A DNA stretch of 64,000 nt from positions 18,279-82,278 of IMG/VR virus record IMGVR_UViG_3300045988_051379; one strand, given 5' to 3'. This document shows, piece after piece, positions 10,426 through 19,692 of the stretch (the first letter of the stretch is position 1; the number at the start of each line of letters is the position of its first letter). The position numbers and the translations under genes were made by a program. Source of the stretch: a virus. The notes beneath the pieces are model-generated. The model saw only the letters and a list, made by a program, of their open reading frames with translations. It was not told where the DNA came from and did not search any database.

Positions 10426-10556
10426 TAAAATTGATACCAGCCAGTAGATGCTAGGCACAAAGCCTAAGATAGTTTTTACATCTTCGTCTTGGTGGTCTAC
10501 GCCAGTGTGCTCTGACGTATTCCCACTTACCGAGACGGAATCTTATTATAAACAAC

Positions 10557-10594
10557 AAAGCCCGAACTTAGTTTAATTACTAGGCTCGGGCTTT
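10557..10594. terminator. bidirectional hairpin between convergent genes
   Basis: AAAGCCCGA ... TCGGGCTTT inverted repeat flanked by A/T runs between the + gene ending at 10425 and the - gene ending at 10609. Confidence 0.45.
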
Positions 10595-10608
10595 ATTATA
10601 TCAACCTG

Positions 10609-11692
10609 TTATGTATTAATTTTAATTACTTGTCTAGAATAGTCAGGCAAGTCAAGTATTTTATTACTTTGGTCAAATGTAGAAGCTGTATTCTGCAATA
10701 GGAGTCTTTTAGTTCCATTCGAACCAATTGCATACCAATTTGAATCTACATATATTAAATCAGTAAGAGTATATTCACCTAGTGTAGATGTAGTCCAATT
10801 ATTACCCCTATCTGTAGACACACTCTTCATATTATTTCCTATAAGCATAAATGTATTAGTCCCAGCTTCATTTGCATACAAACCTTTAGTCAAAGCAGTT
10901 AGTTGTGGTCTAGTGGTTGCAGCAGTCCATTGAGTTCCAGTTGAGTTAGTACTAACGTATGTATAATTACTTGTAGTGCTATATACTACACTTCTTGGCG
11001 AAGAATGAAACCCTTGTATTACTGCATTTGGTGTAAACATTCCAGGAGTATAATAAGTAAGAGAATCTGGTACAGATGTAGCCAAGAAGGTATATATTCT
11101 AGCTCCTCCCTGATATGATGCCCCAACACAGCAGTAATCATAAGGCCCAGTTGATATGCTACTGACTGGACCTACAACACTACGCTCCTTTACTGTACCG
11201 TCATCATACACTATAATAACATAGTTCTTACCGTCTCTTCCTGCTCCCTTATAAAATACCCAGCCAGTAGAGAACCTAGCCAAGTGAGCATAATCATAAG
11301 CTCTTACAGTATCTTTGTATTTTAATTCCCACTGTTTGGTAGACTGATTAACTACATACAATCCTCCAAGCATAGACAATGCTCCAATTGCTTCACCTCC
11401 TCCAGCTATGTATACAAAATCCTCATGGCCGTCTATAGCTGGAATTTGAGCATAGGTACCACCGCCAGCAAAGTATAAACTACCTGTCTCCGCATTAATA
11501 AGGAATAGGTCTTTGTCTACAACTATATCTTCTTCTTTAACTAATTGATTTGGCTGGTAGTTACTAGACGCAACTACGCTACCCCAGAGACTAATTATGG
11601 TTTGGTAGTGAGGACAATACCCCCCCCTTCCCGTAATCTATATTCTTACCTGTTAATTCGTTTAATTTACTTTGTGTTACTATTCTACTCAT
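10609..11692 (-). CDS. tail fiber / receptor-binding-like protein, interrupted by a -1 frameshift at a G8 tract (plus-strand C8 at 11620..11627)
   Basis: Track ORF 10609..11379 is S/T/N-rich. Its reading frame stays stop-free for ~80 codons upstream to the homopolymer, where a 33-aa ORF starting at 11692 (MSRIVTQSKLNELTGKNIDYGKGG) joins. Confidence 0.45.
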
Positions 11693-11954
11693 GATTCTTG
11701 TATCGTTCTGTAATATTAACTAAATCTTTGTTGTCATGTAATAACTCTAGGAAAGCCTTGTCTACTGCTATATCAAATGCAGCATTAGTAATGATTGGTT
11801 CTTTATGCACTCTCTCAATCTCTTCTCTAATCATTTGTTCAGACAATTGAGTGTATAATCGTCTGGTATAATCATTATACCAAGGCTCTTTAAATGTTAC
11901 TATAATTTCTTCTCCTGTCATAAATATATTGTCTTTAGTAATCCAGGTAGGCAA
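11685..11954 (-). CDS. hypothetical protein
   Basis: ORF in track. Confidence 0.35.
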   Translation of the reverse strand: MPTWITKDNIFMTGEEIIVTFKEPWYNDYTRRLYTQLSEQMIREEIERVHKEPIITNAAFDIAVDKAFLELLHDNKDLVNITERYKNHE

Positions 11955-12167
11955 TACTTCCAGCCTGGATATATGTATGCATTCCTATACAATGCTTCTT
12001 CTACTAATTCTACTTCTTGTGTTATCATTGATTAGCCTTTGCTCTTGCTAAATAGTCTCTAGTTTGCCATCTGCCATCATATTCCATATCCCATGGAGCT
12101 ACCTTATTTAATAATTCTAGAGCTCTCTGGTCTACGTTATCATAATCACCTGGTATTTGTTCTAGTT

Positions 12168-12542
12168 TCATTGAAGTTTCTCTAAGTTCTTTACTATTGT
12201 GAATAGCTCATCTGGTTCGAATGATGTGATATCATTAATAACATCAACCATATACTCTTTAACTTCATCTAGAGTCATTATTTTAAATTCGTCCTTAGAT
12301 AGGCCTTTAGTTTTAATGAATTTACTAAATATGTCTACAATCTGGGCTAAGTTGTGCTTATCTTGTAAATAGAACTCACCCCTCTCGGGATGAGATGCTA
12401 ATTTAAATATATCTGCATTATCTGTAATTACTTGTTCATATTCCTCATCACTAAGAAGATTCATTAACGCTACAGCTTTATCATATAGCAATTTAACTTC
12501 CTTCTCTTCATACTGCTTATTAATTCTATTAATATGTCTCAT
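12168..12542 (-). CDS. hypothetical acidic protein
   Basis: ORF in track. Confidence 0.35.
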   Translation of the reverse strand: MRHINRINKQYEEKEVKLLYDKAVALMNLLSDEEYEQVITDNADIFKLASHPERGEFYLQDKHNLAQIVDIFSKFIKTKGLSKDEFKIMTLDEVKEYMVDVINDITSFEPDELFTIVKNLEKLQ

Positions 12543-12544
12543 TA

Positions 12545-12799
12545 TTAGCGAATGTTATTATAAATGCAAGATAGTTGCATTAAATATTCAATACCAGCTC
12601 CATTAGCTAGTCCGTCTTGCAATTTATTTAATAATTCTAATTTTACATCTGTTGTTTTATTGTCTAACTTCACCCAGTTAGTTGCCTTTGATTCATTACA
12701 TCCTAAATCAGTATTTACTGGACATTCTGACAAACTAGTCTTTAATATTTTTACTTCATCTACTTCTTTACTTGTTAAGTCTTTAACTTCTTTAGCCAT
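12545..12799 (-). CDS. hypothetical protein
   Basis: ORF in track; last leftward gene before the divergent control region. Confidence 0.35.
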   Translation of the reverse strand: MAKEVKDLTSKEVDEVKILKTSLSECPVNTDLGCNESKATNWVKLDNKTTDVKLELLNKLQDGLANGAGIEYLMQLSCIYNNIR

Positions 12800-12931
12800 T
12801 GGTATAAATTTTAGTTATTGTTAATAATTCTGATTTAAGTTCGCAAATATATTATTATTTAATTTGACAATACAAAATTAGTTATATATTTTAATATTAC
12901 CAAATGGTAATATAATTATTAATATATATTA

Positions 12932-13182
12932 TATATTGCCAATTCAAATTCACAGTTAATATTAAGTATATTGCCAACTCGGAACTCTATGACGCGCTGT
13001 GGCAATCTGCGCCCCTTCGGGGCTTGCTTGCAATTAGTAAGATGAATAGAAATTAATATATATTGCCAACTCACAAGTACGGGTGCTCAAAATCACACCC
13101 CTCCCACTCCCGGGGTGGGTTGTCATATTATATATTGCCAACTCGGATGCTGGGTGAATATTGCAAGATTTGTGTATATTGC
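12932..13182. promoter_or_regulatory. array of direct repeats (TATATTGCCAA(C/T)TC and shorter TATATTGC copies) interleaved with GC hairpins in a divergent intergenic region
   Basis: Full repeat at 12932, 12967, 13059, 13131; shorter copies at 13157 and 13175. GCCCC-TTC-GGGGC hairpin at 13011..13023 and CACCCC...GGGGTG at 13096..13117; direct C-rich repeat ACCCCTCAC x2 at 13200..13220. Confidence 0.45.
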
Positions 13183-13455
13183 GGATACGACAGGCGTGTT
13201 ACCCCTCACACCCCTCACCCATGTTTGGAGAAAATCAAAAGATTTATATCATTTGGTTTTGCTTTATAATATTCATTTTAAAATTATTAGAGTTATGTTT
13301 ACTTATCTTTCAAACGGTTATGTTTTAGTTAATGCTACGCGTTGTATAATCACACGTGAAGAATGTGAAGAAATTAAAGCAAATCTAATTTAAAAGCTAA
13401 TCAGAACGGGCAAATAAGCTCGTTCTATATTGTTTCACTAATAAATTATTAAACT

Positions 13456-13938
13456 ATGAATTTAACAGAATTACAAGAAGTTAACAAGAAGTTACCGAAA
13501 GCAAGCAAAAACGAAATTGCGGCGGCTTTAAACCGTTTGGGTGTTAATCCTGATTCTATCAAGGTAGGCGACAAATTGAAATTTCCCGCTGAAATTAACG
13601 AATTTAACGGAACAATCACAAAAGGAGTTGTGAACGGTAATACATTCTTTCAAGTTGCCGTAGAGGTTAACGGAACGGCAAGAAACGTGTCTATCAATTC
13701 TTTGTTCCGGTCTTTCAACGACCGTGAAAACAACAAGCGTATTACACCGGTTGACATTCTCCCAGAGGCGGACAAAGACAAATGTATTTTCAATATGTTT
13801 GAAAATAAGACAATAGCGGAATGTCTTGCAGATTTACAAGGTACGGAAGTAACCGCAAAGGCGATAGAAACGTTTGAGAGCGTCGCAAGAGACGGCTCGC
13901 AAATGAACGTCAATGTTATTGCATATTGCAAGGAATAA
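13456..13938 (+). CDS. hypothetical protein, first rightward gene
   Basis: 160-aa ORF with a somewhat GC-shifted codon choice, directly downstream of the repeat array. Confidence 0.4.
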   Translation: MNLTELQEVNKKLPKASKNEIAAALNRLGVNPDSIKVGDKLKFPAEINEFNGTITKGVVNGNTFFQVAVEVNGTARNVSINSLFRSFNDRENNKRITPVDILPEADKDKCIFNMFENKTIAECLADLQGTEVTAKAIETFESVARDGSQMNVNVIAYCKE

Positions 13939-14723
13939 CAAAGTACTTCTTATTGAAAGGCACATTTAGAAAGTCTATTTGTGTCTTTCTTTTTATCATG
14001 CTTATTCAGATATATTTGTTAGTATGTAGTTAGCCGAATAGTGAAATGAAAGCGAAGAAATCAAAATTAAGAACTGTATTTGGACGTAATCGGAACGATG
14101 CAATTCATGCAAATAATGGTATAATGTATAAACTGACAAATCCCCTGTTTGAGGAAGCAGTAGGCTATTATTTGCTTGAACAAATCTCCACTTGGAGTGG
14201 GACGAGATATAAAGTACTAAAGTACGTAGTTCAGACCGTTTGAATGTGTAAAATGAATATTATTAAGAGTATGTAGGTCTGTGATAGATATGCATACTCA
14301 CCTTTTGTTTGAGTTGACAATAATACTATATATTTATGGACTACATCGAAGACGATTTCACAGATGCTCTGATTGACGCAATTTGTGGAGAAGATTCAAG
14401 TAATAACGATTAAAAACTTTACAACAATGGCAGTAACAAAATACGTTATAACTAACAATCTTTCTGTATTATACAATACTAGAGAAGTAGCAAAGTTGGA
14501 AACAGCATTTGCAAGAGGTGCTTTTAAGCGTCTGTACACAGTAGCACCTTTCATAGTAAAATAACCATTAAAACCTCGCAATGCAGGTCAATTGCATAAT
14601 ACTATGGTAACAGTAGCAATAGCAAAGACCAACATAATAGCCATTAAAGAGTATAAGTAACTACACAGAAAGCCAGCGCTGTAAAGACTGGCACAAAGTC
14701 TAATCATCAAAACATACGTACTT

Positions 14724-15026
14724 ATGGTATTCGAATACATTCATCCAAGCGGAATTAAAATACGTCCGGCTAGACCTTTGACTAACAGCATATTATACAT
14801 TTACAATCCAATTGGCAACGAATGGATGCATTTGTGTAAAGAGGATATACATGGACATCTAGAGCTATTGACATGCTTTAGTAATGGTGCTACTATGTAT
14901 CAAGTAATTGAAGGTCTTAAGAAGGTAGTAGAGTATTGGGGAGATGACTATCTCGTAGGTCGCAGAGACTTTTACAAAGAGATTATAGACATTTATTCCT
15001 CACACCGACAACATCACAGGGTTTAG
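14724..15026 (+). CDS. hypothetical protein
   Basis: ORF in track. Confidence 0.3.
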   Translation: MVFEYIHPSGIKIRPARPLTNSILYIYNPIGNEWMHLCKEDIHGHLELLTCFSNGATMYQVIEGLKKVVEYWGDDYLVGRRDFYKEIIDIYSSHRQHHRV

Positions 15027-15279
15027 CTCTTCTAAGTAGTTGCAAATGCTTAGAATCCTTTACATGCAAAATGGACATAATGCATGTATTGCCCAAATTA
15101 AGACGTTCCTGCTTCACGCGTTAAAGCAGGAGTCCACTATGATTGTTTTAGTTTTAATTTAAGTTAATCTTTAAGTTTTAAACAGCGTCCTGCATTGTTT
15201 GTGGGTTTTGGTATGGCTCCTCTGCCAAGTAATGCGTACAAAGAGCCACTAATCAAAAACCTCACACTGAATAGGTAAA

Positions 15280-15561
15280 GTGTACATAGTTATGGGCAAA
15301 TACGATGATTATCGCAGAGTTGACAATAGATATACCACAGCTATAGGAATGAGCTCGTGGAGATTCTTTAATGTTGGTAAATATAAGAATCAGAAAGTGA
15401 AAGACGTCTGTTACTTCAATCCATTCTATGTAGCATGGTGTCTAGAGAACTGGCAAGGATTCAGTCTTACTAGCTACGAACGTATCAAAGGATTAGAACG
15501 TCAGTTAGAGAAAGACCCTGAACTCATCTTAAAGGTGAGTAAATGTAAAACTATTGCGTGA
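15280..15561 (+). CDS. hypothetical protein
   Basis: ORF in track. Confidence 0.3.
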   Translation: MYIVMGKYDDYRRVDNRYTTAIGMSSWRFFNVGKYKNQKVKDVCYFNPFYVAWCLENWQGFSLTSYERIKGLERQLEKDPELILKVSKCKTIA

Positions 15562-15900
15562 TTACTTTCGTAGGAATAATATAATCTACCACCATAATGG
15601 GTACGCCCGGAGACTAATGCAGAGCATCTCTTATACCAAACAGTATCTTCCTTTAATACTGGAGAGATGTCTTATCGTGAGATAAGGCAAAGGAGTGTGG
15701 CACAGGAAGGTGGATTCCTTTACTTGTAATAATATTTTTGTTCGTTTTATTACAGCATATCCTCCCGTGACGGGAGTGGCATCATGACTAAGCCTTTACG
15801 TGGCGATGCTATAAGTAAGTCAATAGACTGAAACTAATTAGTTCTTTATTAACGTTTCACTAAAACCTCGTGAGTGTATAGGTAACTCATTAGATTAATT

Positions 15901-16707
15901 ATGAAGACATTAAAATCATCTCTCAAGTTCAGTGTAGTAGAAATCACACCGAAAGATGCAGAAGTACTATTGTCAAAGTATTTGCACAATCGGCCTATTT
16001 CTAGAGACAATATCAACAAGTATGCTATTCAAATGTCTGAAGGTAAATGGCATTTGAACGGTGAGGCAATCATTATAAATGATAAAGGTCTTACTGATAA
16101 CGGCTATCATCGTCTAGCAGCGTGCATACAGGCAGGTGTTCCATTTCAAACTGTGCTCATAGAAGGTGTTAAACACGAAACTTGGACTACCATAGATACT
16201 GGTAAAACAAGAAGTGCAGGTGATGTGTTTGGAATCATGGGCATTACTAATCCTACCCAGAAAGCTTCCATTGTGGCTAAATATTACGCTTTGACCAAGG
16301 GCTTGAAAGGTTTGGCTGATGCTGGCGCTCTTCACAGACTTAGAGGGACTGGTCTGACTCGTCAAGATTTGTTGAACATGTACAGAAAGTATGAAACTAC
16401 CTTTGATGAGGTTACAGGACTTGCACTCAAGTACAAGAAGTACACTAAAGGATTACTCCATGCATCTATGATTGGTGGTGTAACAGCTTATCTTGTTCTT
16501 GATAAGAAGCATAAATTAGATACTCTTGACGACTTCTGGAACAAAGTATCTACAAGCACACTTCCGTTGTATACGAGTGGTCGTAATCGTTTGCTGTCTG
16601 TGCGTGGTCAGGACAAACAAAAGGTTGTGACTGACCTGTGGAATAAATATATCTCTTCTAAAGAGAACATCCGCGTTAATATCACGTCTGCAATAATCTT
16701 TAAGTAA
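15901..16707 (+). CDS. ParB-like nuclease domain protein
   Basis: INDKGLTDNGYHRLAACIQAG matches the ParB/Srx DG-HR motif region. Confidence 0.45.
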   Translation: MKTLKSSLKFSVVEITPKDAEVLLSKYLHNRPISRDNINKYAIQMSEGKWHLNGEAIIINDKGLTDNGYHRLAACIQAGVPFQTVLIEGVKHETWTTIDTGKTRSAGDVFGIMGITNPTQKASIVAKYYALTKGLKGLADAGALHRLRGTGLTRQDLLNMYRKYETTFDEVTGLALKYKKYTKGLLHASMIGGVTAYLVLDKKHKLDTLDDFWNKVSTSTLPLYTSGRNRLLSVRGQDKQKVVTDLWNKYISSKENIRVNITSAIIFK

Positions 16708-16746
16708 CCAAAGGAGTGTGAGATTTCCATATTTTAAAACCTGGCA

Positions 16747-17286
16747 GTGAGTAGGTTAACTGCCAACTTATCTATGACTAATGAATTAGCAGAGGAATAC
16801 AGAGAGCTTAAACGTAACTTAATACCCATATTGTTACAGACATGTGGTAAAGAGCGTTTATGTGATGCTGTAGACAAATGGTTATTAGTAAAATCCGGTA
16901 TCAAAGTAATATCTAAATCATGGTATGAAGGTGGATTGCCTGGTAAAGAGTATGTGGTAATTAAGGATACTTCAGTACTTGCTAGCTATCCCTCTAAAGG
17001 TGCTAATTATGAACATCGTCTTGCGAGGTATAGAGCCTACACTAAGGCATTTAACCATGTAAGAGAAGAAGGAATACCTTTGGCTCCTATACAGGTTGAT
17101 AAATTTACCAAAGTACTTGTCAATGGAGTAACACTATGCCTTATCGGAACTTTTGAAGGTAAATCAGAGAATGACTTTATCAAAGAGATATCTGGTAAGG
17201 TTTACGTAAAGGCAGGTACTGATTCGGTAGATGTTATTAATCTACAAACTAGAAGAACTAAAAGATATAAAGTTCAGTACACATGA
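16747..17286 (+). CDS. hypothetical protein
   Basis: ORF in track. Confidence 0.35.
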   Translation: MSRLTANLSMTNELAEEYRELKRNLIPILLQTCGKERLCDAVDKWLLVKSGIKVISKSWYEGGLPGKEYVVIKDTSVLASYPSKGANYEHRLARYRAYTKAFNHVREEGIPLAPIQVDKFTKVLVNGVTLCLIGTFEGKSENDFIKEISGKVYVKAGTDSVDVINLQTRRTKRYKVQYT

Positions 17287-17627
17287 AACTATACTTTAAC
17301 TATACACAGAACTTCATCCTTGCAGATTGTGAGGGTGAGGTTATTGATATGAGAACTGGTCAGCCCTCTGATGCCAAACTACAATCTCGCCTTAATAGCT
17401 ACAAAGATGAAACTACATCTAAGTGGATTCCTATTAAGGACTTGGGAGATTTGTATGATATGTCAGATAGTGATGTAACAGTTTCTGGTAGCTTAATTAC
17501 AATGTCCATTGACGGACATAAGGTTACAGCTAGACATAAGGTGTCAGCAGGAGTCAATTATGTACAACTGACTGGACACTTCCCTCGCTACTTCTGGAAA
17601 GGATTTGCTAACTTATTAACTAAGTAA
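17283..17627 (+). CDS. hypothetical protein
   Basis: ORF in track; ATGA start-stop overlap with upstream gene. Confidence 0.35.
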   Translation: MKLYFNYTQNFILADCEGEVIDMRTGQPSDAKLQSRLNSYKDETTSKWIPIKDLGDLYDMSDSDVTVSGSLITMSIDGHKVTARHKVSAGVNYVQLTGHFPRYFWKGFANLLTK

Positions 17628-17629
17628 CA

Positions 17630-17863
17630 ATGTTATCGCAGATACAGTTTAGGAAACAGAGAATACCATGTACTCTCAATCATCAATCTATTACTTCTCG
17701 TGAAGGTAAATTGCTTCTTGGGTTTGGAACTAACCAGCCCATGATGCAGCAAGCCGAAAGACAAATCGCCAAATATCAAGTTCCCTATGAGACATCTGAT
17801 TTAAATGGCATGCTTTCAGTTATTATTGATTATTCTATTATTAGCAGTGTAACAACAATCTAA
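17630..17863 (+). CDS. hypothetical protein
   Basis: ORF in track. Confidence 0.3.
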   Translation: MLSQIQFRKQRIPCTLNHQSITSREGKLLLGFGTNQPMMQQAERQIAKYQVPYETSDLNGMLSVIIDYSIISSVTTI

Positions 17864-17873
17864 CCTTTAAACA

Positions 17874-18116
17874 ATGGATATAAAGAACAGCCCTATAGTT
17901 AAACATGCAATTAACAATGACAAATCTCTTCTTCCCGGAATCATCGCTTACAGCTGCAAAGAAGCTATGGTAATGGCTAAGAGAGAATGCGGTGATTTTA
18001 TAGACTTCGCCAAGGAGTGGATACAGTCCTCCAAACAGCTTTGCGAAGAAGAGAACATTCCATGGGAACAGATTAGGGCAGCAACTGGAGATTCTATTGA
18101 TAATTATATGTCATAA
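17874..18116 (+). CDS. hypothetical protein
   Basis: ORF in track. Confidence 0.35.
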   Translation: MDIKNSPIVKHAINNDKSLLPGIIAYSCKEAMVMAKRECGDFIDFAKEWIQSSKQLCEEENIPWEQIRAATGDSIDNYMS

Positions 18117-18130
18117 TCTCCTTTCCGTCT

Positions 18131-18210
18131 AAAAGAGAGTCTGATGAGTCGTTGAAAATTACGACGAAACTTCACTATGATTTGGCACGTCACGGTGGAG
18201 TCACTCTTAA
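18131..18210 (+). ncRNA. type I hammerhead ribozyme
   Basis: CUGAUGA core (18141..18147). Helix II GTCG/CGAC with a 10-nt loop. GAAAC follows at 18166..18170. Helix III is 7 bp (ACTTCAC / GTGGAGT). GUC cleavage triplet sits at 18200..18202. Helix I pairs AGAGAGT (18134..18140) with ACTCTT (18203..18208). Confidence 0.55.
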
Positions 18211-18225
18211 CCAATATTAGTAATT

Positions 18226-18387
18226 ATGAAACTCACTAAGAATAAAAAAGACAATATAATAATTAGTTCTGCTATTGGAGCATTAGTAATTATTAATATC
18301 ATGTTACCCACAGCTGGCGATTTTACATATGTAGTCGGAGCTATAGGTATTGTTGCGGCCATAGGAGTCTGGTTCTTACCAGATTAA
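18226..18387 (+). CDS. small two-TM membrane peptide
   Basis: 53-aa ORF below the track threshold, two hydrophobic helices. Confidence 0.3.
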   Translation: MKLTKNKKDNIIISSAIGALVIINIMLPTAGDFTYVVGAIGIVAAIGVWFLPD

Positions 18388-18428
18388 TCAAATAATTAAT
18401 AAATCAAACTCTTTAAATTTAGAAGGAA

Positions 18429-19040
18429 ATGAAGAAATTACAAGAACGCCTGAAAGCTGGTATTGATTTCAATCCAAAGAAAGACCCATGCTATGATTCT
18501 ATCGTAGAAGAAGCTGAAACTATTCTTGGGCATGTGCTCGATGCCGCTGAAGGCAAAGAAGTTCCTTACAAGAACTTCACTGTTGGTGGCGGTTATGACG
18601 AAAGGAAAGACCGTGAAATCGTCATTGTTCGTGGTGACGGTGAAGACTTGCTCGTTATGGAAGTTAAAGACGAATCTATTCGTGTTCAACCTCATGAACG
18701 TCATGCTGTCACTCTGAATGAGGATGACGAAGCTTCTGCCCGTGAAATCTTTGACATTCTTATGAAAATGAGAGACCAAAGACAAGGCTCTACATTTAAA
18801 GTCGAAGAAGGCAAAAAAGCTTTGTTTGAGTTTCTGAAGGATATATCTAAGGCTATCGGTGCTGATGTTGAAGGTGTTGAAACGCCAGAAGAGCTATTAA
18901 AAGTTCTCAAGGCTAGAGAAGAAGGCATAGAAGATTTGATGCGTGAACAACGCATTCATCTTACTATGCACATGCTTGACTGTTCCCGTGAGAAGGCAGA
19001 GAAGATTGTAAAGAACTTTGAAGAAGCTGTGAAGCGTTAA
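18429..19040 (+). CDS. acidic hypothetical protein with GC-shifted codon usage
   Basis: 203 aa, E/D-rich; visibly more G/C at third positions than neighbours. Confidence 0.45.
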   Translation: MKKLQERLKAGIDFNPKKDPCYDSIVEEAETILGHVLDAAEGKEVPYKNFTVGGGYDERKDREIVIVRGDGEDLLVMEVKDESIRVQPHERHAVTLNEDDEASAREIFDILMKMRDQRQGSTFKVEEGKKALFEFLKDISKAIGADVEGVETPEELLKVLKAREEGIEDLMREQRIHLTMHMLDCSREKAEKIVKNFEEAVKR

Positions 19041-19049
19041 TAATGCCAA

Positions 19050-19121
19050 GAGAGGATTAGTTTAATGGTAGAAGGCTAGTTGCGAACTGGCGGAGGGAGT
19101 TCGAATCTCCCATCCTCTCCA
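19050..19121 (+). tRNA. tRNA (anticodon probably GCG, Arg; D-arm atypical)
   Basis: Acceptor GAGAGGA/TCCTCTC, T-arm GGGAG-TTCGAAT-CTCCC, anticodon stem GCTAG/CTGGC with loop TTGCGAA; the D-stem does not pair canonically. Confidence 0.45.
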
Positions 19122-19202
19122 ATCATCTTAAAGTTTTGTTTTATATTTTGAATTTGCCCAGTCATGTTGTGAAACACACTTGGGCTTTTAATTAATAAGT
19201 GT

Positions 19203-19556
19203 ATGAATCAGAATGCAGTTAATTCTTTAAGGAATGCCAAGAGGCATATTCTTATTAGCGATGTTGATAAGTTCAATAGCCATTTATTGTATTACATATT
19301 AAATGTTATATATGGAACACATGACCATATTAAATTAAATACGATACGTGAAAGACTTGAACGTGAGCTTAAATGGTCATTGGACGAGCATATTCCTGAT
19401 AAGGATGTAATTAGAGAATGGCTTGACAATGATTACCCTCTTATATGCATAACAGAGTTATCGTTTGACAGTTGTATTAAACTTGCCAACGATTTCCCAG
19501 ATTATGAAATTGTAGTTTATAGTTGGATGAAACATGAAGGGAACTTACCATTTTAA
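19203..19556 (+). CDS. hypothetical protein
   Basis: ORF in track. Confidence 0.35.
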   Translation: MNQNAVNSLRNAKRHILISDVDKFNSHLLYYILNVIYGTHDHIKLNTIRERLERELKWSLDEHIPDKDVIREWLDNDYPLICITELSFDSCIKLANDFPDYEIVVYSWMKHEGNLPF

Positions 19557-19692
19557 ATGGAATAAAAATAACTCCTAGGCTATTAAGTCTGTAATGGGTA
19601 CGCTACTCAATGTAGCACAGGAAGATACTGATAGCTTTTTTGTTCAGGTTTGAGAGACCTCCTGGCATGAGAGGATAATCATGCCGTTCTAT

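Noticed and set aside
12932-13182. Possible CRISPR array from the repeated TATATTGCCAACTC units
   Set aside because: Repeat spacing is irregular (35-90 nt). Units are AT-rich 14-16-mers rather than 28-37-nt repeats. Intervening segments are GC hairpins rather than spacer-like sequence. A promoter or iteron array fits better.
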